Source: a virus
Taxonomy: Duplodnaviria; Caudoviricetes
DNA: 64,000 nucleotides
Direction: 5' to 3' (one strand)
Virus record (IMG/VR): IMGVR_UViG_3300028596_000001
The number at the start of each line of letters is the position of its first letter. Position 1 is the stretch's first letter. Positions 35,300 through 45,107 of the stretch are shown here, piece after piece. Position numbers and translations under genes: made by a program. The notes under the pieces were generated by a model that saw only the letters and a list, made by a program, of their open reading frames with translations, was not told the DNA's origin and searched no databases.

Positions 35300-37471
35300 A
35301 TGACTAGTCTTACTAGCATCGTCCCGGGGAAGGTGGATAACCGGGGGATCAACGATGTCTCGATTCCCGATTATACCCCTGCCCAGACAACTCGTCCGCT
35401 TCACGCGCCCGTCATCCATGGTGTTTTCCCGAAGGGTCAACTGGCTGACGTAAACGGCATTGTCTGGGTTAATACCAGCCAAGTCGGTGCGGTGTTCGGC
35501 GACATTACCGATCCATCTTCCGCTTTCTACTCTCCGACCTCGATCCTGATTCAACGGCTCGTCGCCGGTGGCCAGGCCAGCATCGGCATTCGTCGCTTGT
35601 CGGCGAACAACGTAGTAGCGCGTACCGCTCTGTCGGCCTTCGTTAAGAAGGTTACCGTACAGGATTACCAGCGTGACATCACTGGTAAGTTCGTGCGTGA
35701 CGCTCAAGGCGATCTCGTACCTAACGAAGGGGTTACCTTCCAAGGTCTGGAAATCGAGATCAAAGTCGACCCTGAAGCCAAAACCAAAGGCGTTGGCGAA
35801 CTGATTCGTCGTAAGATCGCTGGCACTCCACCAGACGGTCAAGACCCAGGTACTCCGGACATCGAAGTGTTCCCACTCTTCGACGGTATCGGCGGTGTGG
35901 GCGACGAGTACAACAAAGGCGGCATGAACTTCGGTGTGGACAACCGCGCCTTCCAGTTCGGCGAAATCGCTGATTTCGTTAAAGCCACCGGCGTGTACCC
36001 CTTCAATCTGCGTCAGTTCACTGACACCGACAAGGGCAAGCGTAACTACGCCAAGACTCCTCGTGGTCGTGAGACCGTTGAAGCGACCCTGTTCGACGCC
36101 CTGTATCAGAGCACTCGTTACAACCTGAAGCGTGCCTTCGGTGAGTTCACTGGTACTAACGTCAACCGCAAGGTTGTTCCGATCCCAGCTCCGTACTCCG
36201 GTGTCCACGTGTACCAGGAATCGATCACGGCCCTGTGCCAGTCGCTGTACGCGATCGAATCCCAGCACAACGACAACCTGGTCGAAGTTTCGGTTATGCC
36301 GTATCGCCAGATGAACCCGTTCACCTGCGTCGACCACAACGGTGCTCCTTATTACGCCATCACTACCCCTGACACTGTCAACTGGGATCTGTCGGCGGCA
36401 ATCAAGATCACTGGCGGTATCTCGCCGTTCTTCGACAACGAAGGCAAACTGCCGGACTACGTGACCAAGTCGGAAGTGGACGATCCGTTCAACGTTCTGA
36501 CCAACGTCAAGTTCCCGGTGACTCGTGACGAAGCCTGGCAGGTGCAGAACAACCTGATCGCCAGCGATCTGGAAGTTTACGTTGACAGCATCGAAACTGC
36601 CAACTACACCCGTAACCGCCAATCGTTCTTCTGGGACATCGGTTACTCGCAGGACGTCAAGGATCAGGCAGTTCGTCTGCTGGGTAGCCGTAAGGATATC
36701 CTGGTAATCCCGTGCGCCACTATCTGGCGTCCAGGCAAGACCAACAATGTAGAACAGCTGTACTCGCGTTCGGCCCAACTGAACAACCAAGTACGCATGT
36801 TCCCTGAGTCCGAGTTCTGGGGTACCCCGTCGACTCGTTCGTCGATCAACCTGATCGAGGCTTACGCCATCGATGAACCGCTGGGTGAAGTTTACTCGGC
36901 CAACATCGACCTGGCTTACGCCTACGCGCTGTTCGCTGGTAACGCACAGGGTATCATCGTGCCTTCGGCTTCGCCGTCGCATGCTGACAACCGTATCCTG
37001 CGTACCATGCACTCGCCGAACATCGAGTTCGAGGGTGACGTGCAATCGGCTGAGAACTTCAACCGTGGTTGCATCACCCTGCGTCCGTACGACTCGGGCG
37101 AACGCCTGTACCGTCCGGCGCTGGTAACCGTCTACCCTAACGTAGACTCGGTCCTCAAAGACCAGGTTACTGCCTTCCTGTGCGTCTGCATCGAGAAGAT
37201 CTGCCAAGATGAGTGGAACCGTGTATGCGGTGACACCAACCTGTCGGCAGCGAACTACGTGTCGGTGTTCAAGGATAGCGCAGAGCGTCAGTGTCGTGAC
37301 CGCCTCGGTTCGCTGGCACGCAACATCCGCGTTGAACCTTCCTACTCGGAAGGCTCGGTAGGCAGCAAAGCAATCCTGAACACTCGTGTTCATGCCTACT
37401 TCAACAAGGGCAAATACCAAATGACGCTGGATCTCTTCGCCCACAACGAAGAAGAACTGGCTAACGCCTAA
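35300..37471 (+). CDS. Contractile tail sheath protein (phiKZ gp29-like), 723 aa
   Basis: Size, very strong codon bias, sheath-like FWDIGYS segment and C-terminal beta-strand pattern, paired with a roughly 300-aa tube gene; AGAGG RBS. Confidence 0.85.
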   Translation: MTSLTSIVPGKVDNRGINDVSIPDYTPAQTTRPLHAPVIHGVFPKGQLADVNGIVWVNTSQVGAVFGDITDPSSAFYSPTSILIQRLVAGGQASIGIRRLSANNVVARTALSAFVKKVTVQDYQRDITGKFVRDAQGDLVPNEGVTFQGLEIEIKVDPEAKTKGVGELIRRKIAGTPPDGQDPGTPDIEVFPLFDGIGGVGDEYNKGGMNFGVDNRAFQFGEIADFVKATGVYPFNLRQFTDTDKGKRNYAKTPRGRETVEATLFDALYQSTRYNLKRAFGEFTGTNVNRKVVPIPAPYSGVHVYQESITALCQSLYAIESQHNDNLVEVSVMPYRQMNPFTCVDHNGAPYYAITTPDTVNWDLSAAIKITGGISPFFDNEGKLPDYVTKSEVDDPFNVLTNVKFPVTRDEAWQVQNNLIASDLEVYVDSIETANYTRNRQSFFWDIGYSQDVKDQAVRLLGSRKDILVIPCATIWRPGKTNNVEQLYSRSAQLNNQVRMFPESEFWGTPSTRSSINLIEAYAIDEPLGEVYSANIDLAYAYALFAGNAQGIIVPSASPSHADNRILRTMHSPNIEFEGDVQSAENFNRGCITLRPYDSGERLYRPALVTVYPNVDSVLKDQVTAFLCVCIEKICQDEWNRVCGDTNLSAANYVSVFKDSAERQCRDRLGSLARNIRVEPSYSEGSVGSKAILNTRVHAYFNKGKYQMTLDLFAHNEEELANA

Positions 37472-37486
37472 GGAGGGTGAGTAATC

Positions 37487-38386
37487 ATGGCTGCTGATTC
37501 CAATCTGCCGCACCGGACCAGTGAGACGCTCCTCCCTGTGAGCGACCCATTCGTCCAGGCTATGGACATCGGGGACCGTCCCGTCATCAACCCTGCAGAG
37601 GGTGGACAGTACGGCTGGGCTGGTAACGTATTCGAGTACGTTTCCACCCAACCCCACGTTTCCCAACAAGCGTTCTGCATCGTGTTGTCGACTCCAGCCG
37701 GGTTCTCCCGGCTGCCAGCCGGCGACCAGCTGCACTCGCTGTGCAAATCGTTCTTCGAGAACCGCACGCGTATCTTCGACGGTCTGTCCGACCAAACGCA
37801 GATCAGCTTCGCTGACATGCGCTGGACCGGTCACCGGATGGCGATCGCTGTTGGTGCTCAGCGTACCCTGGGTGCTGTGACCCACACCGGTTACGACGTC
37901 GAAGGTGAACCATTCACCAAGATGTTCAAGGTGTGGCAACAGTGGCTGGTAATGGACGCTGAAGTCCTGAACGCCAAAATGGTTATCCTGGAAGATCCGG
38001 GTGACATGCTGCTGGACGAAACCGGTTACTCGGCTATCTACTTCGAGCCGACTCGTAACTTCCGGGACATCGCCCACGCGGCTCTCTTGGTAGGTGGTCA
38101 GCCTACCCAGAACGTCCAGATCACTCTGCGTCGTAACAAAGACGAAGAGAACCAGATCCGTGACATCGCCATGGAAATGACTGGCGTGATCGAATTCGAC
38201 ACCTACGCGGTGAAAGAAATCGCTCGCCAGATGCTGCGTCTGATGCCGCTGTACAACCCGGATGCTGTTACTGCTCCGATTGGCTTCACTCAGCGCACTG
38301 CGATCCTGGAAAACCTGCCGACCGGTACTATCGAACGTATGGTTGAACAAGCCACTCGTATCGACAACCCGGCTTACCTCGGCTAA
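37487..38386 (+). CDS. Tail tube protein (phiKZ gp30-like), 299 aa
   Basis: Immediately follows the sheath gene, AAGGAGG RBS, size typical of phiKZ-type tube proteins; strong terminator after it. Confidence 0.8.
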   Translation: MAADSNLPHRTSETLLPVSDPFVQAMDIGDRPVINPAEGGQYGWAGNVFEYVSTQPHVSQQAFCIVLSTPAGFSRLPAGDQLHSLCKSFFENRTRIFDGLSDQTQISFADMRWTGHRMAIAVGAQRTLGAVTHTGYDVEGEPFTKMFKVWQQWLVMDAEVLNAKMVILEDPGDMLLDETGYSAIYFEPTRNFRDIAHAALLVGGQPTQNVQITLRRNKDEENQIRDIAMEMTGVIEFDTYAVKEIARQMLRLMPLYNPDAVTAPIGFTQRTAILENLPTGTIERMVEQATRIDNPAYLG

Positions 38387-38409
38387 AAAAGTAATAGGTA
38401 CGACGTGTC

Positions 38410-38447
38410 CCCTACTACCTCTAGCCGCAAGGCTAGAGGTAGTAGGG
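38410..38447. terminator. Bidirectional terminator after the tail tube gene
   Basis: 17-bp perfect stem with a GCAA tetraloop. Confidence 0.8.
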
Positions 38448-38457
38448 TTATGTCCGC

Positions 38458-38901
38458 TTAGCGGAATTTGAACGGCCGGTGGTCGCTGTTGTCATACGCG
38501 TAAATCGTTCCATTGATACTGACCAGCGCATCGTTCTTGCGATTCACAATCTCGTCGAAGATAAGTAAGTCCTTCGAATGAGAACCCTTCTTGTTGATAT
38601 TACCCGAGGCAGAACTAATGAAGGAACACATTTCCTTCAGCGTAAAGTACCCGGGGAATCTACACTCCCACCCACTCACCCCTTGTGTCAACGTGGGAGA
38701 GGTAACGGTGTCGTCCCGTATCAGTTCGATGCGTCCTGCATACACACCTAGTTTGTACTTGAAGTACATCCCTGTTGGCGTGCGAACTACAGAATACTCG
38801 AGCCCCTTGTGTTCTAGGTAGCGGGCGAAAGCCACTAGCGCTACAGCCACCCACAAAAAGAACGTTAGGAAATTAAGCCCAAGATTAACCATTTCAGCCA
38901 T
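38458..38901 (-). CDS. Hypothetical membrane-anchored protein, 147 aa
   Basis: N-terminal hydrophobic segment LGLNFLTFFLWVAVALVAFA. Confidence 0.6.
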   Translation of the reverse strand: MAEMVNLGLNFLTFFLWVAVALVAFARYLEHKGLEYSVVRTPTGMYFKYKLGVYAGRIELIRDDTVTSPTLTQGVSGWECRFPGYFTLKEMCSFISSASGNINKKGSHSKDLLIFDEIVNRKNDALVSINGTIYAYDNSDHRPFKFR

Positions 38902-38907
38902 TACCGT

Positions 38908-39669
38908 CTACCTGCTAAAAATACGTTGATAGTTTTGGCCAATGATAGATTTAATGACTACCTTATTGGCTGCCAACCGTTTGAATGATAAAATGTGGTC
39001 CTTAAAGGCTTCTTGGGTGGCGCGGGTTAGATTATTCCAAACCGTGCCTTCGTGACCGTACATCATGTCGAACCCAATGGCCAAGGAGTCGTGCCAGGTT
39101 TCAATCTGACATTCACCTGAGGAATCCACATCACCACATTTGTTATCCTTAACGTAACTGACTACTGCGTTATCAATGTCCTTGAAACGCACATTAGTAA
39201 GGATGCTTACTTCAGACACCATTAGCACAAACGCACCATCAACACTGCGTCGGAACCGTTGACGATTATAACGCAAGCAATTACAGATGGTTTTGATCTC
39301 GTCCTCACTAAAGTAGCGGGGAGCTACCATGTTGATGAACGAAATAGCGAAGGCCACTGAACCCTCATGCGGATCAGTGCCTATAAAACGCCTACCGGAC
39401 TCCATAAGCATGATACTGGCCAACAGAATACCCTGACTGTTGACATTGAGATTCTGGGCCTCAGCAATCTCTTTAGCCGTTATCAGAGCCCTTTGCAACC
39501 AAGTAGTGTCGAACCCTTGCGGATTAGACTTCATATGAGTATACACGCCGATAATGAAATCAAGAGGCAACAAACCCTCCACCGATCCCAGAATGTCTTT
39601 GAACGTGGTCAACTCCTTATGATCCTGGATAGTAAAACGTATGCTCACTTTACTCACTCCTAAAAACAC
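38908..39669 (-). CDS. HD-domain-like protein with degenerate metal ligands, 253 aa
   Basis: Spacing of LLASIMLMESGR...PHEGSVAFA...FSEDEIKTICNCL...YG matches HD phosphohydrolase helices, but HD reads ME. Confidence 0.5.
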   Translation of the reverse strand: MFLGVSKVSIRFTIQDHKELTTFKDILGSVEGLLPLDFIIGVYTHMKSNPQGFDTTWLQRALITAKEIAEAQNLNVNSQGILLASIMLMESGRRFIGTDPHEGSVAFAISFINMVAPRYFSEDEIKTICNCLRYNRQRFRRSVDGAFVLMVSEVSILTNVRFKDIDNAVVSYVKDNKCGDVDSSGECQIETWHDSLAIGFDMMYGHEGTVWNNLTRATQEAFKDHILSFKRLAANKVVIKSIIGQNYQRIFSR

Positions 39670-39698
39670 GATCTCCTAAAAAATTGAAAAGGATGAAA

Positions 39699-39732
39699 TA
39701 GTACTACCCTCCCATATGGGAGGGTAGTACTA
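39699..39732. repeat. Perfect 34-bp palindrome (terminator or cruciform)
   Basis: TAGTACTACCCTCCCAT-ATGGGAGGGTAGTACTA with no spacer. Confidence 0.85.
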
Positions 39733-39737
39733 AACGG

Positions 39738-40934
39738 TTAGTAAGCGTAGGGTTTGGGTTTGGTAACAAACGGAGTCAAGTCAATTTCAGGAGTAACAAA
39801 GAACAGGGTGCCGGCCGGCGACATATCCCAGTCAATGATCAGAATGGGAAGTTTTGCACCAGCCAGCAACCCCAGCTTTTCATTCATATGAGTGGCCAGC
39901 GTGGTCCGGAACTGGTTGCGGTTATTGATATCGTTCATGTTGGCGTGGCTTGGGAATTTACCAACATACCAGTTAAAGTATTGTTGGTTAAGCGCCCAGA
40001 CTTTACGACCGAGTTGTGGTTGGTTCTCGGCCAGCAACAACGGGACTTTCGGTTCTTCCGGCTGCGCGACTTCTACTGGCAAGAGCTTGAGAGTACCGGC
40101 TGAGAACACCGGACCAAAACGACTTGGACCGTCCCCTTCCGTGGCAAAGAAACCATCCCAGTCAACTATTACAACCTTGGTGTGTATTTCACGGATGTCG
40201 GTATTCAAACCGTTGTTACCAGCCAGCTTGCACACCTCTACGCGCAAAGCCTGCTCGTAAGAAGCACGATCGAGCATGGACCCGCGCAGCGTCAACATGT
40301 GCTCTGCAATAAACCAGTCATGCCACTCACGGTTGATCACCCAGAACCCGGTGGAGGCAGCCGGCTGTTGCGCAGACAGGATAGGGAGTTCGATCTTCTT
40401 GGTCGCTTCCTCGTCGCGTTGACGCAGAACGGTATTGAGCTCAGTACGAGTACCGGCGAGTTCTTCTTCGCGCTGCACGACCAGGCCCCTGATGTCACTC
40501 ACTTCTTTGGCCAGGTCATCTTTTACGGCAGTCACCGCCTCGAGTTCCAACCGCGCGTCGCTGAGTTCTTTTTCGGCCACTTGCAGTTTGTCTGCGTCGT
40601 CTGCGATCAAGGTATGCAGACGAGCCAGCTCGCGCACTTGCTGCTCGATGGCTTTCTGGAAGTCGCCGATCAGGGCCACCGCGTATTTCAGATGCGATGT
40701 GATCTGTGCTGCGGCACGCTTGGTCTTTACGTTCTTCTCCAGTCCGTCGACTACGTTGGAGATGCCGTTGATCGCATCAGCGATACGGTTGGCCGTCAGG
40801 TTGGCCATCAGATTGATGACTTCATCTTTACCGGTTTGTTCTGCGATGACAGAAGACATTTCGTTACTCATGCTTTGCTCCAAAAGACTATAAAAAGATT
40901 TAGCTAGGTTAGCGCCAGGGTTAGGGTTAAACAT
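39738..40934 (-). CDS. Hypothetical coiled-coil protein, 398 aa
   Basis: Heptad-rich central region (EQQVRELARL...NTVLRQRDEE). Confidence 0.7.
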   Translation of the reverse strand: MFNPNPGANLAKSFYSLLEQSMSNEMSSVIAEQTGKDEVINLMANLTANRIADAINGISNVVDGLEKNVKTKRAAAQITSHLKYAVALIGDFQKAIEQQVRELARLHTLIADDADKLQVAEKELSDARLELEAVTAVKDDLAKEVSDIRGLVVQREEELAGTRTELNTVLRQRDEEATKKIELPILSAQQPAASTGFWVINREWHDWFIAEHMLTLRGSMLDRASYEQALRVEVCKLAGNNGLNTDIREIHTKVVIVDWDGFFATEGDGPSRFGPVFSAGTLKLLPVEVAQPEEPKVPLLLAENQPQLGRKVWALNQQYFNWYVGKFPSHANMNDINNRNQFRTTLATHMNEKLGLLAGAKLPILIIDWDMSPAGTLFFVTPEIDLTPFVTKPKPYAY

Positions 40935-40937
40935 GTT

Positions 40938-41399
40938 TCATTCTTCACCGTTATTACTGACCCAGGTCATATCCCTGGTAACGGTGTCGTCCATATTGAG
41001 GGTGGTGATACTCTTGCAAGAATCGAGCGTGGTGATTTTCTCATTCTCGTCGACCTTCAGAGTAACCAGTACCTCACTACCGCGGTCAGTTACCGAGACG
41101 GTTACCCACTCCTTATCGAAGTTGGCATACATCTCGATATCCTCCACTTTCTCGGAAGCGTTATACTCACGATTCCAGAACATGCTGTTGGTAGACTTGA
41201 CCCAGATATGATCTGCTGGGCCATTGGGGAGTTCCCCACCGTAGCTGGTGACGAGTTGCTTGCGCTGCTCGTCTAGCGACACTACCAGATACTTACCGCC
41301 ATTAGTGGAACATTCCGCCACGATCTTGGCTGGCTCTTCCGCCATTGCCGAACTGGCGAACAGAGCTACAACCAGTCCAGCAAATGCAAACTTCTTCAT
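40938..41399 (-). CDS. Secreted/periplasmic protein with a Sec signal peptide, 153 aa
   Basis: MKKFAFAGLVVALFASSAMA|EEP is a classic signal peptidase I signal; AAAGGAG RBS. Confidence 0.75.
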   Translation of the reverse strand: MKKFAFAGLVVALFASSAMAEEPAKIVAECSTNGGKYLVVSLDEQRKQLVTSYGGELPNGPADHIWVKSTNSMFWNREYNASEKVEDIEMYANFDKEWVTVSVTDRGSEVLVTLKVDENEKITTLDSCKSITTLNMDDTVTRDMTWVSNNGEE

Positions 41400-41419
41400 G
41401 ACGAAACTCCTTTACCGAA

Positions 41420-41863
41420 TTAGATGACCTTCTTAAGGCCGACCTGGGCGTGCTTTTGCATACCCACGTACATGTTGTCCAGGAACACACCGATATTCTC
41501 ACGGACGTCGTAATCAGTTACAACCAGGTTGAACTGAGCGATACTCAGATAGCTACCGCCCAGCAAACGATCCAACATCTCGTTGGCGTTATAAACTAGT
41601 TTGAAGGGCTTGCCTTCGTCGAAGTTATAACGTTCGTATACCACGACGGTATCCATTGGGGTACCTACCATGATGATCCGACGACCGGAATCAGGGCAGA
41701 TGGTTTTTACTACTTCGCCGATCTTCAAGTCAGCACGCACAGCACCGCTCAACCGACCGGTGTCATCGCGCCAAGTACGATCGAAAGGTACCACTGCTTT
41801 GATGTTGATGTAAGCAGATTCGAAACGTTTACGCAGTTCTACAGATTGGTCTACGAGTACCAT
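41420..41863 (-). CDS. Hypothetical early protein, 147 aa
   Basis: AAGGAG RBS; early promoter at 41925-41941. Confidence 0.7.
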   Translation of the reverse strand: MVLVDQSVELRKRFESAYINIKAVVPFDRTWRDDTGRLSGAVRADLKIGEVVKTICPDSGRRIIMVGTPMDTVVVYERYNFDEGKPFKLVYNANEMLDRLLGGSYLSIAQFNLVVTDYDVRENIGVFLDNMYVGMQKHAQVGLKKVI

Positions 41864-41924
41864 GATGAGCTCCTTGCACGAAAGGCTAAATGCTTATTAA
41901 GTTTTGATTGACCTTCATCATCAA

Positions 41925-41941
41925 AGTAATATAGGTCTGAA
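41925..41941 (-). promoter_or_regulatory. Putative early promoter
   Basis: TTCAGACCTATATTACT. Confidence 0.7.
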
Positions 41942-41977
41942 GCTCCCTAGGAATTAAAAATACAAACATAGGGTAAA

Positions 41978-42001
41978 CCAGGTAGCCTTGCGGCTACCTG
42001 G
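41978..42001 (-). terminator. Terminator hairpin
   Basis: CCAGGTAGCC/GGCTACCTGG with a GCAA loop on the minus strand. Confidence 0.7.
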
Positions 42002-42011
42002 CTACCTGCCG

Positions 42012-42251
42012 TTATTGGGGATCTTCCTTAACTACTTTCTCGTAAGCGTTGTAAAGGCGCATGTCCTCTTCAACTACTTCGAGCAGATCTTCCAACCGGG
42101 AACGATTAAGACCTTCGCCCCAGTTAGTAGTCCACTCTTGGCGAGCAGCTACATAGCAGATGTCGAAATCGAAGTTACGTTGTTTCGCGATTTCGGTTAC
42201 TGCTCGTATACGATCCTCCAATGACTTTGGCTGATTAGTCACTTCGCCCAT
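42012..42251 (-). CDS. Hypothetical protein, 79 aa
   Basis: ORF with a TAGGTG RBS, ending at a terminator. Confidence 0.55.
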   Translation of the reverse strand: MGEVTNQPKSLEDRIRAVTEIAKQRNFDFDICYVAARQEWTTNWGEGLNRSRLEDLLEVVEEDMRLYNAYEKVVKEDPQ

Positions 42252-42258
42252 AAGTCAC

Positions 42259-42912
42259 CTAGTCGTCAAAACGTTTCAGGAACTTACTGCCTTTCTTGCC
42301 GATGGTAACCAAACTCATAATCTCGTAGCGAACGGTTCCGTCCTCTGGGTACATCATCAGATGCGGAACACTAGCGGCGTACTTACGGAAGTTATCTTTG
42401 AAGTCTTCTCGTTGCGCGGCCTTGAGGAAGTTAGTGGTAAGGTTGCCACTATTCTTCTTGGCTTGCAGGAAAAGCTTACTACGATCGTTACCGTACTCAC
42501 CCCACTTGAGTTTCTCATTGAGGATGAATGCAAACCACTTCTTCAACAACACCGGGTCGTCTTCTACCCAATTATGATCCTTAACGAACTTGTCCAGGGC
42601 AACCAGTTCACGCTCCGACTCGACAACCTCATAAAGGATGCGTTGTGGGAGCAGATCCATTTTGACTTCGTACTCGTACAACTTGTTACCTTCAAACCAC
42701 ACCGGATGACCCTCACCATAAATCTGGTGCATGATCTCGCTAGGGATAGGCTCGAAGAAGAACGAAATCGAATCTACGTACGTAGCCCCAGGCATCAAGA
42801 TCCGTCTGGCCTGTTCTTCAGCCTTCTTGATCTCTTCTGGGGTGGCGGTGCCTTGAGCACGCTTGGACTTGATTACATCAAATGCATTTGCCGAATAATG
42901 ATAAAGGTTCAA
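42259..42912 (-). CDS. Hypothetical protein, 217 aa
   Basis: TTG start overlapping the tmk stop; AAAGGTGG RBS. Confidence 0.65.
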   Translation of the reverse strand: MNLYHYSANAFDVIKSKRAQGTATPEEIKKAEEQARRILMPGATYVDSISFFFEPIPSEIMHQIYGEGHPVWFEGNKLYEYEVKMDLLPQRILYEVVESERELVALDKFVKDHNWVEDDPVLLKKWFAFILNEKLKWGEYGNDRSKLFLQAKKNSGNLTTNFLKAAQREDFKDNFRKYAASVPHLMMYPEDGTVRYEIMSLVTIGKKGSKFLKRFDD

Positions 42913-43673
42913 GTGTCCACCTTTTCGGAAGTATCCTTAATTCCACGATGCACGTGCCGAGGCACCGCATTTAAATACGCCGGTTGATCTTGGAGTTTCG
43001 GAGGAATCTTGATGCTTTCAGTATGCTTGGGTTGCCCAGTGAGAGAATCGCGGATTTTCATGAGCAAAGGAACAATCTGGGCAAACACACCATCAGCTGG
43101 GAGTTCGGCATCTACCGTCCAGTAACGATCTTTGTTCTCCGCTGCTTCACGCTCGAAGAAGAACTGAATACGGTTGTACAGCTCACCGTTCCAGTTATCG
43201 AACTGATCACTACCTTTCTCTGCGGCAGAAATCCGTTTAACGAACACTTCAGGGCCACCTTCCATCAGAATGGTCATGTCAGGAACAAGACCAATTGCAT
43301 GATGGTGGATTTGCTTGAGGGTAAAGATCGAAAGACCCCGACCCACGCCTTGATAACCCATAGTGCTCAACAGATAACGATCACAGAGTACGACTTCCCC
43401 ACGTTCCAGCGCTGGCTTAACCACCGTCTCCACATGTTGAGCACGAGCTGCATTGAACAGCATAGCTTCAGCCATAGGAGTAAGCGGTTCAGCGTCTGGG
43501 ATCCCTTCACGACACAACTTGCGAAGATGATTAGCCGCAGGAGTCCCACCAGGTTCGAAAGTACGAGTACAAGGAATACCCGCCTCCTTGAACCATTGTT
43601 GAGCCTTGTCGCACACAGTAGACTTACCGCTACCACCGAGCCCCTCAACTACCAGAAGAAAACCCTTGCCCAT
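42909..43673 (-). CDS. tmk: Thymidylate (dTMP) kinase, 254 aa
   Basis: P-loop VEGLGGSGKST, (R)TFEPGGT, LFNAARAQH, CDRY and PDMTILM motifs. Confidence 0.93.
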   Translation of the reverse strand: MGKGFLLVVEGLGGSGKSTVCDKAQQWFKEAGIPCTRTFEPGGTPAANHLRKLCREGIPDAEPLTPMAEAMLFNAARAQHVETVVKPALERGEVVLCDRYLLSTMGYQGVGRGLSIFTLKQIHHHAIGLVPDMTILMEGGPEVFVKRISAAEKGSDQFDNWNGELYNRIQFFFEREAAENKDRYWTVDAELPADGVFAQIVPLLMKIRDSLTGQPKHTESIKIPPKLQDQPAYLNAVPRHVHRGIKDTSEKVDT

Positions 43674-43738
43674 GAAACAATCCTTACTTTGCTATTAGAG
43701 GTGTAAGATGGGTGCTGTGTAAAAAACACCCACTACAC

Positions 43739-44722
43739 TTAATAGCCTTCTTGCATGCCGCCAAAAGTTCGGACCATGTAGTCGAACTCATGGGATATGT
43801 CCATGCACAGTCTCTGCGTCCATGGCTCCATTGGAATATCAACCAGATGTCCGATACGTTCTTGCACCGACGCTGGATTGAACAAGTACTGAACAGGTTT
43901 CCTGTCTGGCTCTTCGGCAAGGATATCTTTGGTTTCCTGCACGACTGCCAGAGATTGCAAATCCTGTACACGAAACCAACCGAGCATCTCGTAATCAGGA
44001 TCATTGAAGAGCAGGTTTGTGTCAGGAGCCACAGAGGTGAAGTAAACCGCAGCTACATGAGCTCCACCCTCATAGCCAGGCTTCTTCAAGCCGTCACGCA
44101 GGAAAGTGCATTGGAAGTCAGCACCGTTACTCGCCGCAGCAAGAGTGTACTCTGCCGAGTTTAGACCAGTGCCATCCAAAACATACGTGAGTGAAGTCAA
44201 TTCGACTTTGGTCGGATAATGTCGCATGATCGCTTGTCGCAAAGAGTCACCCAGACTGACTGTATGCGTTTCACGCTGAAGCCCCATACCACAACCCATC
44301 TGCAAATACCCGCAGATATCTCGTTTGTAGACTTCCCCGCTCACACCTACCGAAAGAACGTAATACTCCTTGCCGTCTTTATCGGTCTTGCGTTGCTTGT
44401 ACAAAGCAACAGTAGGTTCATCAAAACACCCAGGCTGACCATCTGCCCGCACATCGAGTATGTCTAGCTGTTTAGAGCTGATAGCGCTACCGCGCACAGT
44501 AACGCCATAGGTAACCAACGGAGCTACCATAGGTAGTTTGCTCAGATGCCGACGCGCAACACCGACCACTGAGCAATCCAGAATACCAATCTTGTCAATG
44601 GAAACCAGAGACAGATCGAAAGTCTCTTCACTAAATACTTCTACAAGGCCATCAACGAAAAGGCCGAAGACCATCTCGTCTTTTCTTTCTTCTTCGGTGT
44701 AAACTGTGTGGATAAAAGACAT
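43739..44722 (-). CDS. YmaB/COG4112-type Nudix-fold protein with a degenerate Nudix box, 327 aa
   Basis: Ordered motifs ARR...PLVTY, LSVGVSGEV, LRQAIMRHYPTKV, HVAAVY, LGWF and MEPWT mirror the SIGIGGH / RELxEE / HxGxV / LExWS pattern. Confidence 0.45.
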   Translation of the reverse strand: MSFIHTVYTEEERKDEMVFGLFVDGLVEVFSEETFDLSLVSIDKIGILDCSVVGVARRHLSKLPMVAPLVTYGVTVRGSAISSKQLDILDVRADGQPGCFDEPTVALYKQRKTDKDGKEYYVLSVGVSGEVYKRDICGYLQMGCGMGLQRETHTVSLGDSLRQAIMRHYPTKVELTSLTYVLDGTGLNSAEYTLAAASNGADFQCTFLRDGLKKPGYEGGAHVAAVYFTSVAPDTNLLFNDPDYEMLGWFRVQDLQSLAVVQETKDILAEEPDRKPVQYLFNPASVQERIGHLVDIPMEPWTQRLCMDISHEFDYMVRTFGGMQEGY

Positions 44723-44725
44723 AGT

Positions 44726-45103
44726 CTATATTCCTGAGTTGTGGTCAAAGTTGTGAACGTGAACCGCCCAGTTATAGTCTGGGATCATTACCGCTACACC
44801 ACCAGCCACGCTGTGGGTGATTAAAGCGTGTGAGGCAACGGATTTACCGATTTGTAGCGAGACGTGCCTGTTCTTGGAACCGATGATGTTGTAAACACCG
44901 TTGTCCTTGAAGTACGGTTTGATTTCTTCCACCAATGCTTCAGGTGTCTTGAAATCATCAGGCCATTGATTAAGCGCTTGCAAACCTTTCAAGCGATGCA
45001 ACACACCATACCAGAATGCGTCGTAAGGTTCGACATACTCCTCAACACCATGGGTCAAGTCGCTGAGCAGGATATTGAACATTTTCGCTTTAGCTTTAGG
45101 CAT
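44726..45103 (-). CDS. Hypothetical protein, 125 aa
   Basis: GGAGG RBS, packed operon. Confidence 0.6.
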   Translation of the reverse strand: MPKAKAKMFNILLSDLTHGVEEYVEPYDAFWYGVLHRLKGLQALNQWPDDFKTPEALVEEIKPYFKDNGVYNIIGSKNRHVSLQIGKSVASHALITHSVAGGVAVMIPDYNWAVHVHNFDHNSGI

Positions 45104-45107
45104 TTAT

